Of a stretch of DNA of 64,000 nt, positions 37,551-45,396 are shown piece by piece. Source of the DNA: a virus. Its lineage: Duplodnaviria; Heunggongvirae; Uroviricota; Caudoviricetes. The position numbers and the translations under genes were made by a program. The number at the start of each line of letters is the position of its first letter. Position 1 is the first letter of the stretch. Below the pieces are notes generated by a model. The model saw nothing but the letters and a program-made list of their open reading frames with translations, did not search any database and was not told the origin of the DNA. The stretch is from positions 39,242 to 103,241 of the IMG/VR virus record IMGVR_UViG_3300015262_000003, one strand, 5' to 3'.

Positions 37551-37578
37551 TTGACAAGCCTATTCAAGTCTGTAGAAT
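37551..37578 (+). promoter_or_regulatory. promoter TTGACA-N16-TGTAGAAT
   Basis: seen directly. Confidence 0.55.
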
Positions 37579-37606
37579 AGGCGACACAAACAAAGGAATT
37601 GACTAA

Positions 37607-37816
37607 ATGAACATTGATCAAGCTCGCAAACTTAAATTCGGTCAATTGGTTAAATGTCCAGCGGATCGGGGCTCGCCTGCTTTCACTGGCACAGTGCGAA
37701 GTGAAGACTGTGCAACCGCTCAAAGTAACGAGAATTTATCCGGCGAAGTTTATATATGGGTGACTGTTTCCCATCGTGGTATTAAATCCGTTTGGCCTTC
37801 TAACCGTCTAGGGTGA
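37607..37816 (+). CDS. hypothetical protein
   Basis: 69 aa. Confidence 0.45.
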   Translation: MNIDQARKLKFGQLVKCPADRGSPAFTGTVRSEDCATAQSNENLSGEVYIWVTVSHRGIKSVWPSNRLG

Positions 37817-37933
37817 TAAAATGTATATCAAATACCGTAGACATTCAGAACTAACTGACATATACTGCGATGATATCAAACTTCAATATTGGTTTGATTG
37901 GGTATCAATGTCCAGTGGTTGGAGAGAACTGTA

Positions 37934-38206
37934 ATGATAACTACCACAAGCTTGACGCACCCAACCATGCTCGCTAAAATCCGGCTCGCAATGCGCTATG
38001 CTCTGATGAATCAGGGTGATAAGATGAATGGCCACGCTAACCGATGCTATGTAGAGAATCGCAAGGGATTGAACATCCTACGCGTAACGTGGTATGCTGC
38101 ATCAAAGTCCTTTGTCATTTGGGCTGGATGCACAGCTGATCATGGAAGTCAAGATGTAACCGAAAAGGTTAAACAGGCTTTCGTTTATAACTCAAAGAAG
38201 GGTTGA
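37934..38206 (+). CDS. hypothetical protein
   Basis: start at the internal ATG (MITTTSLTHP) with RBS GGAGAG. Confidence 0.4.
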   Translation: MITTTSLTHPTMLAKIRLAMRYALMNQGDKMNGHANRCYVENRKGLNILRVTWYAASKSFVIWAGCTADHGSQDVTEKVKQAFVYNSKKG

Positions 38207-38209
38207 CAG

Positions 38210-38401
38210 ATGAACTATAAGCATGCTAACGCCACGTCGATAAAACAGTTTGGGCAATGGTTTATTGTAAACGCTGATAGCGTAGAACAACGACTAAAGG
38301 TTGAGGCGAAAGCAAGAGTTTTATGGCTTGACAATCGTGAACCTACCTTATGGGAATGGGAGAATTTGGAATCAATTAGTGCGGATGAGTGGTTAAAATA
38401 A
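38210..38401 (+). CDS. hypothetical protein
   Basis: 63 aa. Confidence 0.4.
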   Translation: MNYKHANATSIKQFGQWFIVNADSVEQRLKVEAKARVLWLDNREPTLWEWENLESISADEWLK

Positions 38402-38414
38402 ACTAAAATAGTTG

Positions 38415-38442
38415 TTGACTCACCAGCTCAACACTGTAGAAT
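38415..38442 (+). promoter_or_regulatory. promoter TTGACT-N16-TGTAGAAT
   Basis: seen directly; leader hairpin GAGGC-GAACAA-GCCTC at 38454-38469. Confidence 0.55.
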
Positions 38443-38492
38443 GAACAACACAAGAGGCGAACAAGCCTCACAACTCCAAAGGAATCAGAATC

Positions 38493-38840
38493 ATGAACGC
38501 ACACACTACCAAAACCAAAGAAATGGGTATTACTCGTTTTTCGATTAAAGGTTATCGCTGGTTCCAAAAGTCGTATGGTAATACTTATCACACTACTTAT
38601 ATCAGCGCTTTGATTGACGGTGTGTGGTGTGACCTCGGGTCAACTCCGATGGAATATGGTTATGGTGAACAATATCTGTGTACAGCTGGTAAATGGTTGA
38701 TTGATAACGGTTTCATTGAAAATCTGAAAGATGCCCAACAATTGATTGGTGATGGATACCAGTTTAACCAATATACTTTCCGTCAAGTCAATAACATTGA
38801 CAACAGCGTCCAAGATGTAAACCGTAAGAAAGACTTATAA
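38493..38840 (+). CDS. hypothetical protein
   Basis: 115 aa. Confidence 0.45.
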   Translation: MNAHTTKTKEMGITRFSIKGYRWFQKSYGNTYHTTYISALIDGVWCDLGSTPMEYGYGEQYLCTAGKWLIDNGFIENLKDAQQLIGDGYQFNQYTFRQVNNIDNSVQDVNRKKDL

Positions 38841-38861
38841 GGAATTTTATCGCTTAGCTTG

Positions 38862-38890
38862 TTGACACTGACAAGCTAAGCTAGTAAGAT
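38862..38890 (+). promoter_or_regulatory. promoter TTGACA-N17-TAAGAT embedded in a perfect 11-bp inverted repeat (38852-38881)
   Basis: GCTTAGCTTGT tgacactg ACAAGCTAAGC spans the -35 and spacer. Confidence 0.5.
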
Positions 38891-38933
38891 TCTTTTCAGC
38901 GAAACGTAATTCACTAAATCAGGAATTAAGAAC

Positions 38934-39257
38934 ATGACTACAATTAACGAAGTTGCAAAGAAAGTTATTGCTGATTCGATTGATATGGAATATGTAACTG
39001 ATTGCGGTTTTAAAACAGTAGCAGAAGTTTATCAAGCTGAATTTGGTTGGGCTGGATTGAGTCCTACAACTTGCAAAGATTACCTGCAAGGCTTGCCAAG
39101 TGTTTGTGAAGTTCCATATTGGAATAATGAGATTCTTGATCTTTTGTCGGTACACGGTATTACACGCCGGACAGATGAGGGTAATTCTAAATTGATTGAC
39201 GACTACTGGTTTGCTTGTGGTCAACAATTGTATCTCATTGTCAAGGATGGTAAATAA
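38934..39257 (+). CDS. hypothetical protein
   Basis: 107 aa. Confidence 0.45.
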   Translation: MTTINEVAKKVIADSIDMEYVTDCGFKTVAEVYQAEFGWAGLSPTTCKDYLQGLPSVCEVPYWNNEILDLLSVHGITRRTDEGNSKLIDDYWFACGQQLYLIVKDGK

Positions 39258-39259
39258 TC

Positions 39260-39427
39260 ATGCGTCTATATCATGTTGTTACTGTTGTTGAAAATGCCCG
39301 GATGCATAACTTCGGTAATAAGACATACTTTACAGTTAGTCCACTTACACACGAGCAAGCTTGTACTCTGATGTCTAAGATTACAAGTTATTCATGGCGC
39401 AGGAAGTTTCTAGAAGAGGTGGTATCA
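39260..39427 (+). CDS. hypothetical protein (55 aa, not in ORF track)
   Basis: manual: MRLYHVVTVVENARMHNFGNKTYFTVSPLTHEQACTLMSKITSYSWRRKFLEEVVS. Confidence 0.35.
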
Positions 39428-39645
39428 TGATTGCGTTCGTTAAAGTTGGTGATGTTCTAATTAAAGCCTATGACAAAGGCGACGACTGGCAAACAGTTGA
39501 TAGTAAGGGTATTGAACGCTGGCGTTCTAAATGGTCTAGTGATGTTAAGGGGAGTTTACGGGTAGCATTAAATCGACATGCCAGAGAGTGTGGTTATACT
39601 CAAGAATGTATCATTGACCAGATTGAATATGTAGGGACTGTTTAA
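39427..39645 (+). CDS. hypothetical protein
   Basis: start at the internal ATG (MIAFVKVGD), ATGA overlap. Confidence 0.4.
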   Translation: MIAFVKVGDVLIKAYDKGDDWQTVDSKGIERWRSKWSSDVKGSLRVALNRHARECGYTQECIIDQIEYVGTV

Positions 39646-39647
39646 TC

Positions 39648-39917
39648 ATGGCTAGACCAGCAAACCCTGAAACGTATTCAATCCGCCAACACGTTACACA
39701 GTGGCTCACACGTACAAAGGCTGCCAGATTCACGGTGCCTACGCTCATACACGAGCTGGCAAGCGTCCTAGACATATACAAGGGTATCGACTTGAGCAAG
39801 TGTCTAGGCAACGAGTTGATACGGCGGGAGAAAGCCGGTATGCTCAAATCAGAAGCTGGTGAACCTGTAGGCGTAGGACGTCCTCCGCGTATCTATCGAC
39901 AACTCTGGAAGGTGTAA
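39648..39917 (+). CDS. hypothetical basic protein (locally GC-rich)
   Basis: 89 aa. Confidence 0.45.
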   Translation: MARPANPETYSIRQHVTQWLTRTKAARFTVPTLIHELASVLDIYKGIDLSKCLGNELIRREKAGMLKSEAGEPVGVGRPPRIYRQLWKV

Positions 39918-39922
39918 ACATC

Positions 39923-40132
39923 ATGACAGACGACAAGAAGCTGATAACTGTAGAGGTGGTATTCTACAACGAAACTAAGGTGATTCTAGCTGTACAGTTG
40001 GTTAGAACGTGGGGTTTGTGTACTGCCTACGGCGCAGCCTTTAACATTCTTAGTCGTGACTTTCCACAAACCAGCAAAGCTATAGAAACTCAATGCACTA
40101 GTTTTAGTGCTGTCATTGTCGATAAGGGTTAA
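39923..40132 (+). CDS. hypothetical protein
   Basis: 69 aa. Confidence 0.4.
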   Translation: MTDDKKLITVEVVFYNETKVILAVQLVRTWGLCTAYGAAFNILSRDFPQTSKAIETQCTSFSAVIVDKG

Positions 40133-40134
40133 AC

Positions 40135-40437
40135 ATGTTTGTTAAACAAAGTACATATGATGCACTAGATCGTAAACATAAATATACAATGATTGAACGT
40201 AATCGAATTGTTCAAAAGTATAATGCTCTATTGAAAGAGTGGAATAATACAGTTGAACAGATTAACAATCGTCCGGGGGCATGGTCGTTTATTGAGAGTG
40301 GTAAGGTTCCAAACTCAGCCCCACAATTCTCTCAGGATGATATCAAGGTGTTGATCCAACTGGTGCATCCTGACAAGCATGATGGGAAAGCTAGCGCGGT
40401 GAGGCTTACACAGGTTTTGCTGGCAATGCGAAAATAA
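40135..40437 (+). CDS. hypothetical protein
   Basis: 100 aa. Confidence 0.45.
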   Translation: MFVKQSTYDALDRKHKYTMIERNRIVQKYNALLKEWNNTVEQINNRPGAWSFIESGKVPNSAPQFSQDDIKVLIQLVHPDKHDGKASAVRLTQVLLAMRK

Positions 40438-40450
40438 TCAAAAATAGTTG

Positions 40451-40478
40451 TTGACGGGTTTTCTAATTGCTGTAGAAT
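40451..40478 (+). promoter_or_regulatory. promoter TTGACG-N16-TGTAGAAT
   Basis: seen directly; leader hairpin GGAAGC-AAACCA-GCTTCC at 40490-40507. Confidence 0.55.
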
Positions 40479-40523
40479 CGGTGACAGAAGGAAGCAAACC
40501 AGCTTCCAAAGGAGATACGACAA

Positions 40524-40700
40524 ATGAACTATTGGACTCAGTTGATCATCAAAGCCGCTGAAGCTTCCGTATTGGTCGGTGATCGTGATATGAACTATTA
40601 TGTTCACTGCGCCTATGGTGAGTGCATGGGATATGTTTCTACTGACATGCTCAGTTTGAGCGTGAAAGAGGAACTAAAGCAACTAGGTTACAACTGGTAA
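40524..40700 (+). CDS. hypothetical protein (58 aa, not in ORF track)
   Basis: manual: MNYWTQLIIKAAEASVLVGDRDMNYYVHCAYGECMGYVSTDMLSLSVKEELKQLGYNW; RBS AAAGGAGA. Confidence 0.4.
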   Translation: MNYWTQLIIKAAEASVLVGDRDMNYYVHCAYGECMGYVSTDMLSLSVKEELKQLGYNW

Positions 40701-40705
40701 TAAAA

Positions 40706-40723
40706 GCCCCTTAATTGGGGCTG
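40706..40723. terminator. GC hairpin AGCCCC-TTAATT-GGGGCT; the U-tract is only on the minus-strand side
   Basis: same hairpin family as the other terminators but lacks a downstream T-run on the + strand; may be a weak or bidirectional terminator. Confidence 0.35.
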
Positions 40724-40765
40724 AGTCAGTAGAAACATATCGTTTACTAAATGGAGTTTTAAAAC

Positions 40766-41017
40766 ATGTCGCTATTCGCCACTATCGCTGTAGTTTGCAC
40801 AATGTCCACTTGTAATGATTATGTCATTGACACTGCGTCAAATATGCAGGATGCAAATATCAACACACACGCCCAAGATGATCGTTTCTTGAAGTTGTGG
40901 GACGATGAACGGCAGTTGACAAACTGGCTCAAAGAGTACAAAATCGGCGAGACGGTGTTTGAAATTGTCTCGCTTGAGATGGAAACTAAAGAAATCAAAG
41001 AAGACGATTTACCTTGA
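40766..41017 (+). CDS. hypothetical protein
   Basis: 83 aa. Confidence 0.45.
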   Translation: MSLFATIAVVCTMSTCNDYVIDTASNMQDANINTHAQDDRFLKLWDDERQLTNWLKEYKIGETVFEIVSLEMETKEIKEDDLP

Positions 41018-41054
41018 CATAATCCTAAATATGTTTCTTAAATAGGTGGATACT

Positions 41055-41255
41055 ATGAACAATCGTGAATATGCAAAGCACAAGAAAGCTATGCTTGAAA
41101 ACGCCATGTTGATTAGTGTTGATGGTTTGCAAGCGGCAATCATTGAAGAAGTGAAAACCCCTGTACTTCCATACCTTGTTTTTGATACCATGTTGACAGC
41201 GCTTCAAAAGAAGATGGGAACCAAAGCCTTTAACGAATGGATTAGTACACTATGA
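41055..41255 (+). CDS. hypothetical protein
   Basis: start at the ATG (MNNREYAKHKK) with RBS AGGTGGA. Confidence 0.4.
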   Translation: MNNREYAKHKKAMLENAMLISVDGLQAAIIEEVKTPVLPYLVFDTMLTALQKKMGTKAFNEWISTL

Positions 41256-41497
41256 CACCTATTCATGAGCATGATTGCGAACGCTGTAAGTTTCTCGGGA
41301 CTTTCAATGGTCAAGACTTGTATTACTGCCCGCCTTATGATCCGATTGACTGGCCTAAAGGTTGGACTCTGATTAGTCGTTTCGGTAAACATGGCGACTA
41401 TTGTTCTGGTGGTTGGAAAACCGAACTTCCACAAATGTTAGAAGCGCGCCGACGTGCTATTGCAGAAGGTTATATAAAAGAAGGCGAATATTCTTAA
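41252..41497 (+). CDS. hypothetical Cys-rich protein
   Basis: 81 aa; HEHDCERCKF...YCSGG. Confidence 0.45.
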   Translation: MTPIHEHDCERCKFLGTFNGQDLYYCPPYDPIDWPKGWTLISRFGKHGDYCSGGWKTELPQMLEARRRAIAEGYIKEGEYS

Positions 41498-41504
41498 ATA
41501 AAGC

Positions 41505-41532
41505 TTGAATCATTCTCTAAATGCGCTAGAAT
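41505..41532 (+). promoter_or_regulatory. promoter TTGAAT-N16-GCTAGAAT
   Basis: seen directly; leader hairpin GGAAGC-AAAACA-GCTTCC at 41543-41560. Confidence 0.5.
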
Positions 41533-41580
41533 ATAAACATAAGGAAGCAAAACAGCTTCCCGCAAATGGAGTGCAAAACA

Positions 41581-41751
41581 ATGATTCATACAATGATGTA
41601 TTCGCCAAAAGGCATGGATTGGTTTTTCTTTGCTAATGGCTTGATCTTCGCTGGACTTTTGCTAGCTGGTTCTGTAATATTCCTTTTGTACGTAGATGGG
41701 TATTTCACGCCAGAACGTACCAAGAAACGTCAAGAAGGTGATAAGAAATGA
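41581..41751 (+). CDS. small membrane protein
   Basis: start at the internal ATG (MIHTMMYSPKG); hydrophobic FFANGLIFAGLLLAGSVIFLLYV. Confidence 0.4.
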   Translation: MIHTMMYSPKGMDWFFFANGLIFAGLLLAGSVIFLLYVDGYFTPERTKKRQEGDKK

Positions 41752-41930
41752 GCTATTTAAACGTGTTCACTCAATACAATGCAGCAAGCTTGATTGACAA
41801 CTGTCAAGATTATATGACCATGACCGATGGTTTAATCATGGTGGTCGCGCATGACAATACAGTGTGGGTTTGCCGTGAAGGTGAAAGCGCTAGTTTGTAC
41901 GATTGCACAATGATTGAACGTATCTTGTGA
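41748..41930 (+). CDS. hypothetical protein
   Basis: 60 aa. Confidence 0.4.
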   Translation: MSYLNVFTQYNAASLIDNCQDYMTMTDGLIMVVAHDNTVWVCREGESASLYDCTMIERIL

Positions 41931-42276
41931 ATATGCTTATAGGAGTGTTTTCCAGTATTAGACACTTCAATTAAGAATGTTTTTACTAACAAGGGTTTGA
42001 CAAATGAAAGCTATTATAAAATGTAAACCGTATGACTATACAGTTTGGACGGTTGAAGGCGAACAAGTGGGCGGTAGTTTCACTAATATTGTTGCTGCTG
42101 AAACCTTCCTGATTAAGATGGGTTACACTCAATGAAATATTCAGTTTATTGCCATGTCATTGGAAGTCTCTTAATGACTGGCACCTTTTCAGAGTGTTAC
42201 GAATTTTGCGAACGTAAACGCCTTTACATTGTCGAGCGTGAAGGTGATAGCGGTACAATTTGGAGTGTTAAATAAG

Positions 42277-42609
42277 ATGGAAACAATCAATTGGATTGAA
42301 CACGAGGAAAAAGGTAGCTGGAATCGCCCCAACCTTGTAGCCTATGCTTTGCTTGAAAGTATGGTGTCTGTCAGTAACAATATCAGCGATACATTCACAC
42401 CATTTGAACCTCAAGCATTGCAGGTTGAATTAACTGTCAACGGTAAACAGGTGAGTTTTGTACGTGCAATGAACCTGATTCAAGAAGGTATCAGCAGGCT
42501 AGAATCTGATATCAAAAAGAGCTTGATTAAAGATGCTGCACAAGCTTTAATTGATGAACTACACAATACAATCCAAACTGAAGAATGGAAAGAGCGGACA
42601 AGTCAATGA
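42277..42609 (+). CDS. hypothetical protein
   Basis: start at the ATG (METINWIEHEEKGS); two 40-50 aa ORFs (42004-42132, 42133-42275) precede it. Confidence 0.4.
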   Translation: METINWIEHEEKGSWNRPNLVAYALLESMVSVSNNISDTFTPFEPQALQVELTVNGKQVSFVRAMNLIQEGISRLESDIKKSLIKDAAQALIDELHNTIQTEEWKERTSQ

Positions 42610-42782
42610 AGAAGTCTAAACGCTTCCGTCAATCATACCGCGACACTATCAACCGAGTTATTGCAAGTCATAAGGAATACACTCCGGGTTGGACAAACAA
42701 ACGAATTGCATACGCCTTAGACTTAGGTGAAATGTTCGAATGGTCAAACGATCTTTTGTCTAGTGCTTGGATATGGAAATAA
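42606..42782 (+). CDS. hypothetical basic protein
   Basis: 58 aa from the ATG (MKKSKRFRQS), ATGA overlap. Confidence 0.35.
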   Translation: MKKSKRFRQSYRDTINRVIASHKEYTPGWTNKRIAYALDLGEMFEWSNDLLSSAWIWK

Positions 42783-42914
42783 TTCAAAATAACTTGATTC
42801 TTCTATTGACAAAATAAGCACGACGTTTTGTGAGGGTAGTCTAGGCCAGTGTATAGCTTAGCACTAACGTTGCTCAGAACGCACTACAGAGCGTTTAAAA
42901 GCCTATTGACATTT

Positions 42915-42950
42915 GCCCGGAAACGATAAGTTATCTGGGCTTTCTTTTGT
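42915..42950 (+). terminator. possible rho-independent terminator (GCCCGG...CTGGGC + TTTCTTTTGTC)
   Basis: stem with one G-U pair, large loop, U-tract of the same family as the other terminators; lies in a 380-bp ORF-free stretch. Confidence 0.4.
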
Positions 42951-43095
42951 CTGCTAAATGCTAATATTCCTTGCATTTCCAACCAATACGACTAGAATAA
43001 TGGCATGGTGTGAAATTTAGCACGAGACAAACAGGGAAAGTGGGTGTCATTCCTGTGAGGTTATTAAAACCTAATTTCTTATTCGAAAATAGATG

Positions 43096-43123
43096 TAGAC
43101 AGGGTATTCCAGTCCTGTACAAT
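43096..43123 (+). promoter_or_regulatory. promoter TAGACA-N16-TGTACAAT with the ATCGAAAGCAAACAA leader
   Basis: seen directly; the leader duplicates the 35887-35901 leader. Confidence 0.5.
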
Positions 43124-43164
43124 GAACCCATCGAAAGCAAACAAATAAGCTAAAAGGTGACAAC

Positions 43165-43407
43165 ATGAACATGATTAAAACCGTAGTAAACACTCACGAA
43201 TTGCAGAATGGCGACGTGATCATGAACAATGGTGTATACTTTCTTTTGTCCAATCGCAAAGAATGGAAAGATTCTGAAGAAGTTGTTACTTTGGTTGGTA
43301 ATCCAGTTGGTGAAGTAGAAAACCATAACTTCCCACGTCACTGGCTGAAAGATTACAGTATTCAAGGCAATAAACGTGCAATGTGGTGCAGAATCACAGC
43401 TGAATAA
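43165..43407 (+). CDS. hypothetical protein
   Basis: 80 aa, RBS AAAAGGTGA. Confidence 0.45.
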   Translation: MNMIKTVVNTHELQNGDVIMNNGVYFLLSNRKEWKDSEEVVTLVGNPVGEVENHNFPRHWLKDYSIQGNKRAMWCRITAE

Positions 43408-43412
43408 ATCGC

Positions 43413-43441
43413 TTGTACAAGGAGCATTTTTGATTTAAAAT
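43413..43441 (+). promoter_or_regulatory. possible promoter TTGTAC-N17-TAAAAT overlapping a perfect 10-bp hairpin (43421-43446)
   Basis: GGAGCATTTT-tgattt-AAAATGCTCC; either a promoter-embedded operator or a 5' UTR hairpin. Confidence 0.4.
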
Positions 43442-43475
43442 GCTCCTACACCAAACAGATTCGGAGTTCTCTAAA

Positions 43476-43763
43476 ATGGCACTAGTCAAAGGTTACATGC
43501 AAACAAGTCTGCAAGCAATGACCATCGAAGAACGTTGCAACCCTAAACCGTTCAACATTGATGAACCAATGCAAATGTGGGAACGCCTGTTTGCTGTTTG
43601 TGAAGATGGTCGAGTGTTGGAAACCACTGTTGATTTGACTAAGCGCAGTAACCCACACTTTGACACTAAAGGTCGTGTTTGGACTGTCAGCACCTTGACA
43701 GCCGAAGAAGCTTCTAAGTTTGAATATATCGGTAGCTATCAAATGCCGATTCTTGTTAAATAA
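43476..43763 (+). CDS. hypothetical protein
   Basis: start at the ATG (MALVKGYMQ) with RBS GGAG. Confidence 0.45.
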   Translation: MALVKGYMQTSLQAMTIEERCNPKPFNIDEPMQMWERLFAVCEDGRVLETTVDLTKRSNPHFDTKGRVWTVSTLTAEEASKFEYIGSYQMPILVK

Positions 43764-43766
43764 AGG

Positions 43767-43796
43767 TTGCACAGGGGAGTATTGCTTTGATACAAT
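43767..43796 (+). promoter_or_regulatory. possible promoter TTGCAC-N18-TACAAT overlapping a hairpin (43775-43802), paralogous to the 43413 cassette
   Basis: GGGAGTATTG-ctttgata-CAATGCTCCC followed by ACACCAAC as in the other copy. Confidence 0.4.
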
Positions 43797-43828
43797 GCTC
43801 CCACACCAACTGGAAAGAGGTTTGCACC

Positions 43829-43966
43829 ATGTCTAAAGTGATGATTGTTAGCTTGAAAGAGAAAACCTACAAAGCCGATCCTGTTATCATGTCATGGGTT
43901 GAATACCAAGCATTTTGCTTGAAAGTGGCTGGTGAGGGTATCACTTGGAAAGCCGTTCTAATCTGA
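43829..43966 (+). CDS. hypothetical protein (45 aa)
   Basis: manual: MSKVMIVSLKEKTYKADPVIMSWVEYQAFCLKVAGEGITWKAVLI; followed by a 48-aa ORF in the -1 frame (43945-44091) that lacks an ATG. Confidence 0.35.
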   Translation: MSKVMIVSLKEKTYKADPVIMSWVEYQAFCLKVAGEGITWKAVLI

Positions 43967-44093
43967 GGATTGATGAATACGAGGTGCGTTTTGCTGTAAA
44001 TGGTGAAGACCTCGACAGTGATGCAGATTACTTCACCAACGATAAACAAGATGCGATTGATACCGCCGTTAATTGGGTAAATGAGGAATAAAC

Positions 44094-44429
44094 ATGAAAT
44101 CCAGCGAAATTATTGAACTAGCATTAGTTGATTACACACCTAACGTTTTTATGTGTAATGTCATTGAGGGAATGTTTAGACTCAAAGAGCAAGCAAGCGA
44201 TGTTGAACGCACGTTAGAATTGATCAATGCGCGTTTAGGGGAACACTACACACTAACGACATGGCTTGCTGCAAACGATCCTGATTATCTTGAGTTGTGC
44301 AAGCTTGCTGATCCTGATAGCAATAAGCCGGGCAATAGTAGTCAAGCCATGAAAAACGTTTATTGCTATTCTCAACGCGCGTTGTATTGGCACGACTTGA
44401 TTGACGAATTGAAAGCGAAAGGTGAATAA
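44094..44429 (+). CDS. hypothetical protein
   Basis: 111 aa. Confidence 0.45.
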   Translation: MKSSEIIELALVDYTPNVFMCNVIEGMFRLKEQASDVERTLELINARLGEHYTLTTWLAANDPDYLELCKLADPDSNKPGNSSQAMKNVYCYSQRALYWHDLIDELKAKGE

Positions 44430-44446
44430 AGGAATTCGATACAAAC

Positions 44447-44474
44447 AAGCCCCTTGAACGGGGCTTTTCTTTGT
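44447..44474 (+). terminator. rho-independent terminator (GCCCC-TTGAAC-GGGGC + TTTTCTTTGTC)
   Basis: seen directly. Confidence 0.7.
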
Positions 44475-44486
44475 CTAAAATAAATG

Positions 44487-44516
44487 TAGACACTGACTTA
44501 AATTCTTTGATATAAT
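44487..44516 (+). promoter_or_regulatory. promoter TAGACA-N18-TATAAT
   Basis: perfect -10; drives an about 260-nt ORF-free leader. Confidence 0.45.
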
Positions 44517-44703
44517 TACAATACCGGCGAGGGTCGGAGGCAATCACCGGACGAGCCTGTTATTCCTAGTTGGCACGTAATTTTCCCGCAAGAAATGCAA
44601 ATGTTGGCATGAAAAGTGGTACGCTGTTTTAAACTAAAAGACATAGCAGTGTGAGGCTTTAGTTTATCGTCGCTGTAATCGCGTTATAGGGGCTTGCAGA
44701 GCA

Positions 44704-44733
44704 TTGAAAATAATTGTTGTACTATTCTATAAT
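44704..44733 (+). promoter_or_regulatory. promoter TTGAAA-N18-TATAAT
   Basis: perfect -10, 45 nt before the gene at 44780. Confidence 0.45.
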
Positions 44734-44779
44734 TGGTTTACAATGAATCTAACAAAACGAACTTAACTGAGTAAACATC

Positions 44780-45046
44780 ATGACCAACAAAGAGAAATAC
44801 CAAAACCTTCAAGCTGAGCTGGAAGTGATCGAACGTGCAACAAAGGTTTATCTTGCTGATGGTAACATTGACCGGGAAAACGTGTGTGAAGGTAAGACAC
44901 AAGAAGAAAAAGAAGCAATCTGGTCTGAGTATATGTCTGATGAATTGTGGGGCGAACTGTATAAAGCTGCCGTTGATGCTGCCGCTTTCCGTGCTGAAGA
45001 TGCTGGACTTGATCTTAACAAGTTGATTGGTCGGAACATTTACTAA
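44780..45046 (+). CDS. hypothetical acidic protein
   Basis: 88 aa. Confidence 0.45.
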   Translation: MTNKEKYQNLQAELEVIERATKVYLADGNIDRENVCEGKTQEEKEAIWSEYMSDELWGELYKAAVDAAAFRAEDAGLDLNKLIGRNIY

Positions 45047-45054
45047 AATAAATG

Positions 45055-45083
45055 TTGTCAGGGTGTTCTAATGTTGATAGAAT
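45055..45083 (+). promoter_or_regulatory. promoter TTGTCA-N17-GATAGAAT
   Basis: seen directly. Confidence 0.5.
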
Positions 45084-45123
45084 ACCTTTAACGAAACGGC
45101 AACCCCTTCTGGAGATTCACAAA

Positions 45124-45378
45124 ATGACTAACCTCTTAACTTTCGAAGTAACAATGGTTGAGCGTACCGCCTACTATAGCAACACTGTAGATTGGGACAA
45201 TGCCCCTGTTTTGATTGTTGAGGGTATCGGTCGGAACTCTTCGATTAAAAAAGCCCTTGAGGCTTTCAATGATGAAAATGGTGAAATGTATCTGGTTCAC
45301 GGTGTACGTCAAATCACCAGTAAAAAGAAATTGACCACACTTTTGGAAGCTGGTGCTAAAGACCTTCGGAACACTTAA
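45124..45378 (+). CDS. hypothetical protein
   Basis: start at the ATG (MTNLLTFEV) downstream of the promoter, RBS GGAG. Confidence 0.45.
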   Translation: MTNLLTFEVTMVERTAYYSNTVDWDNAPVLIVEGIGRNSSIKKALEAFNDENGEMYLVHGVRQITSKKKLTTLLEAGAKDLRNT

Positions 45379-45396
45379 AATAAACTAAAATAAATC

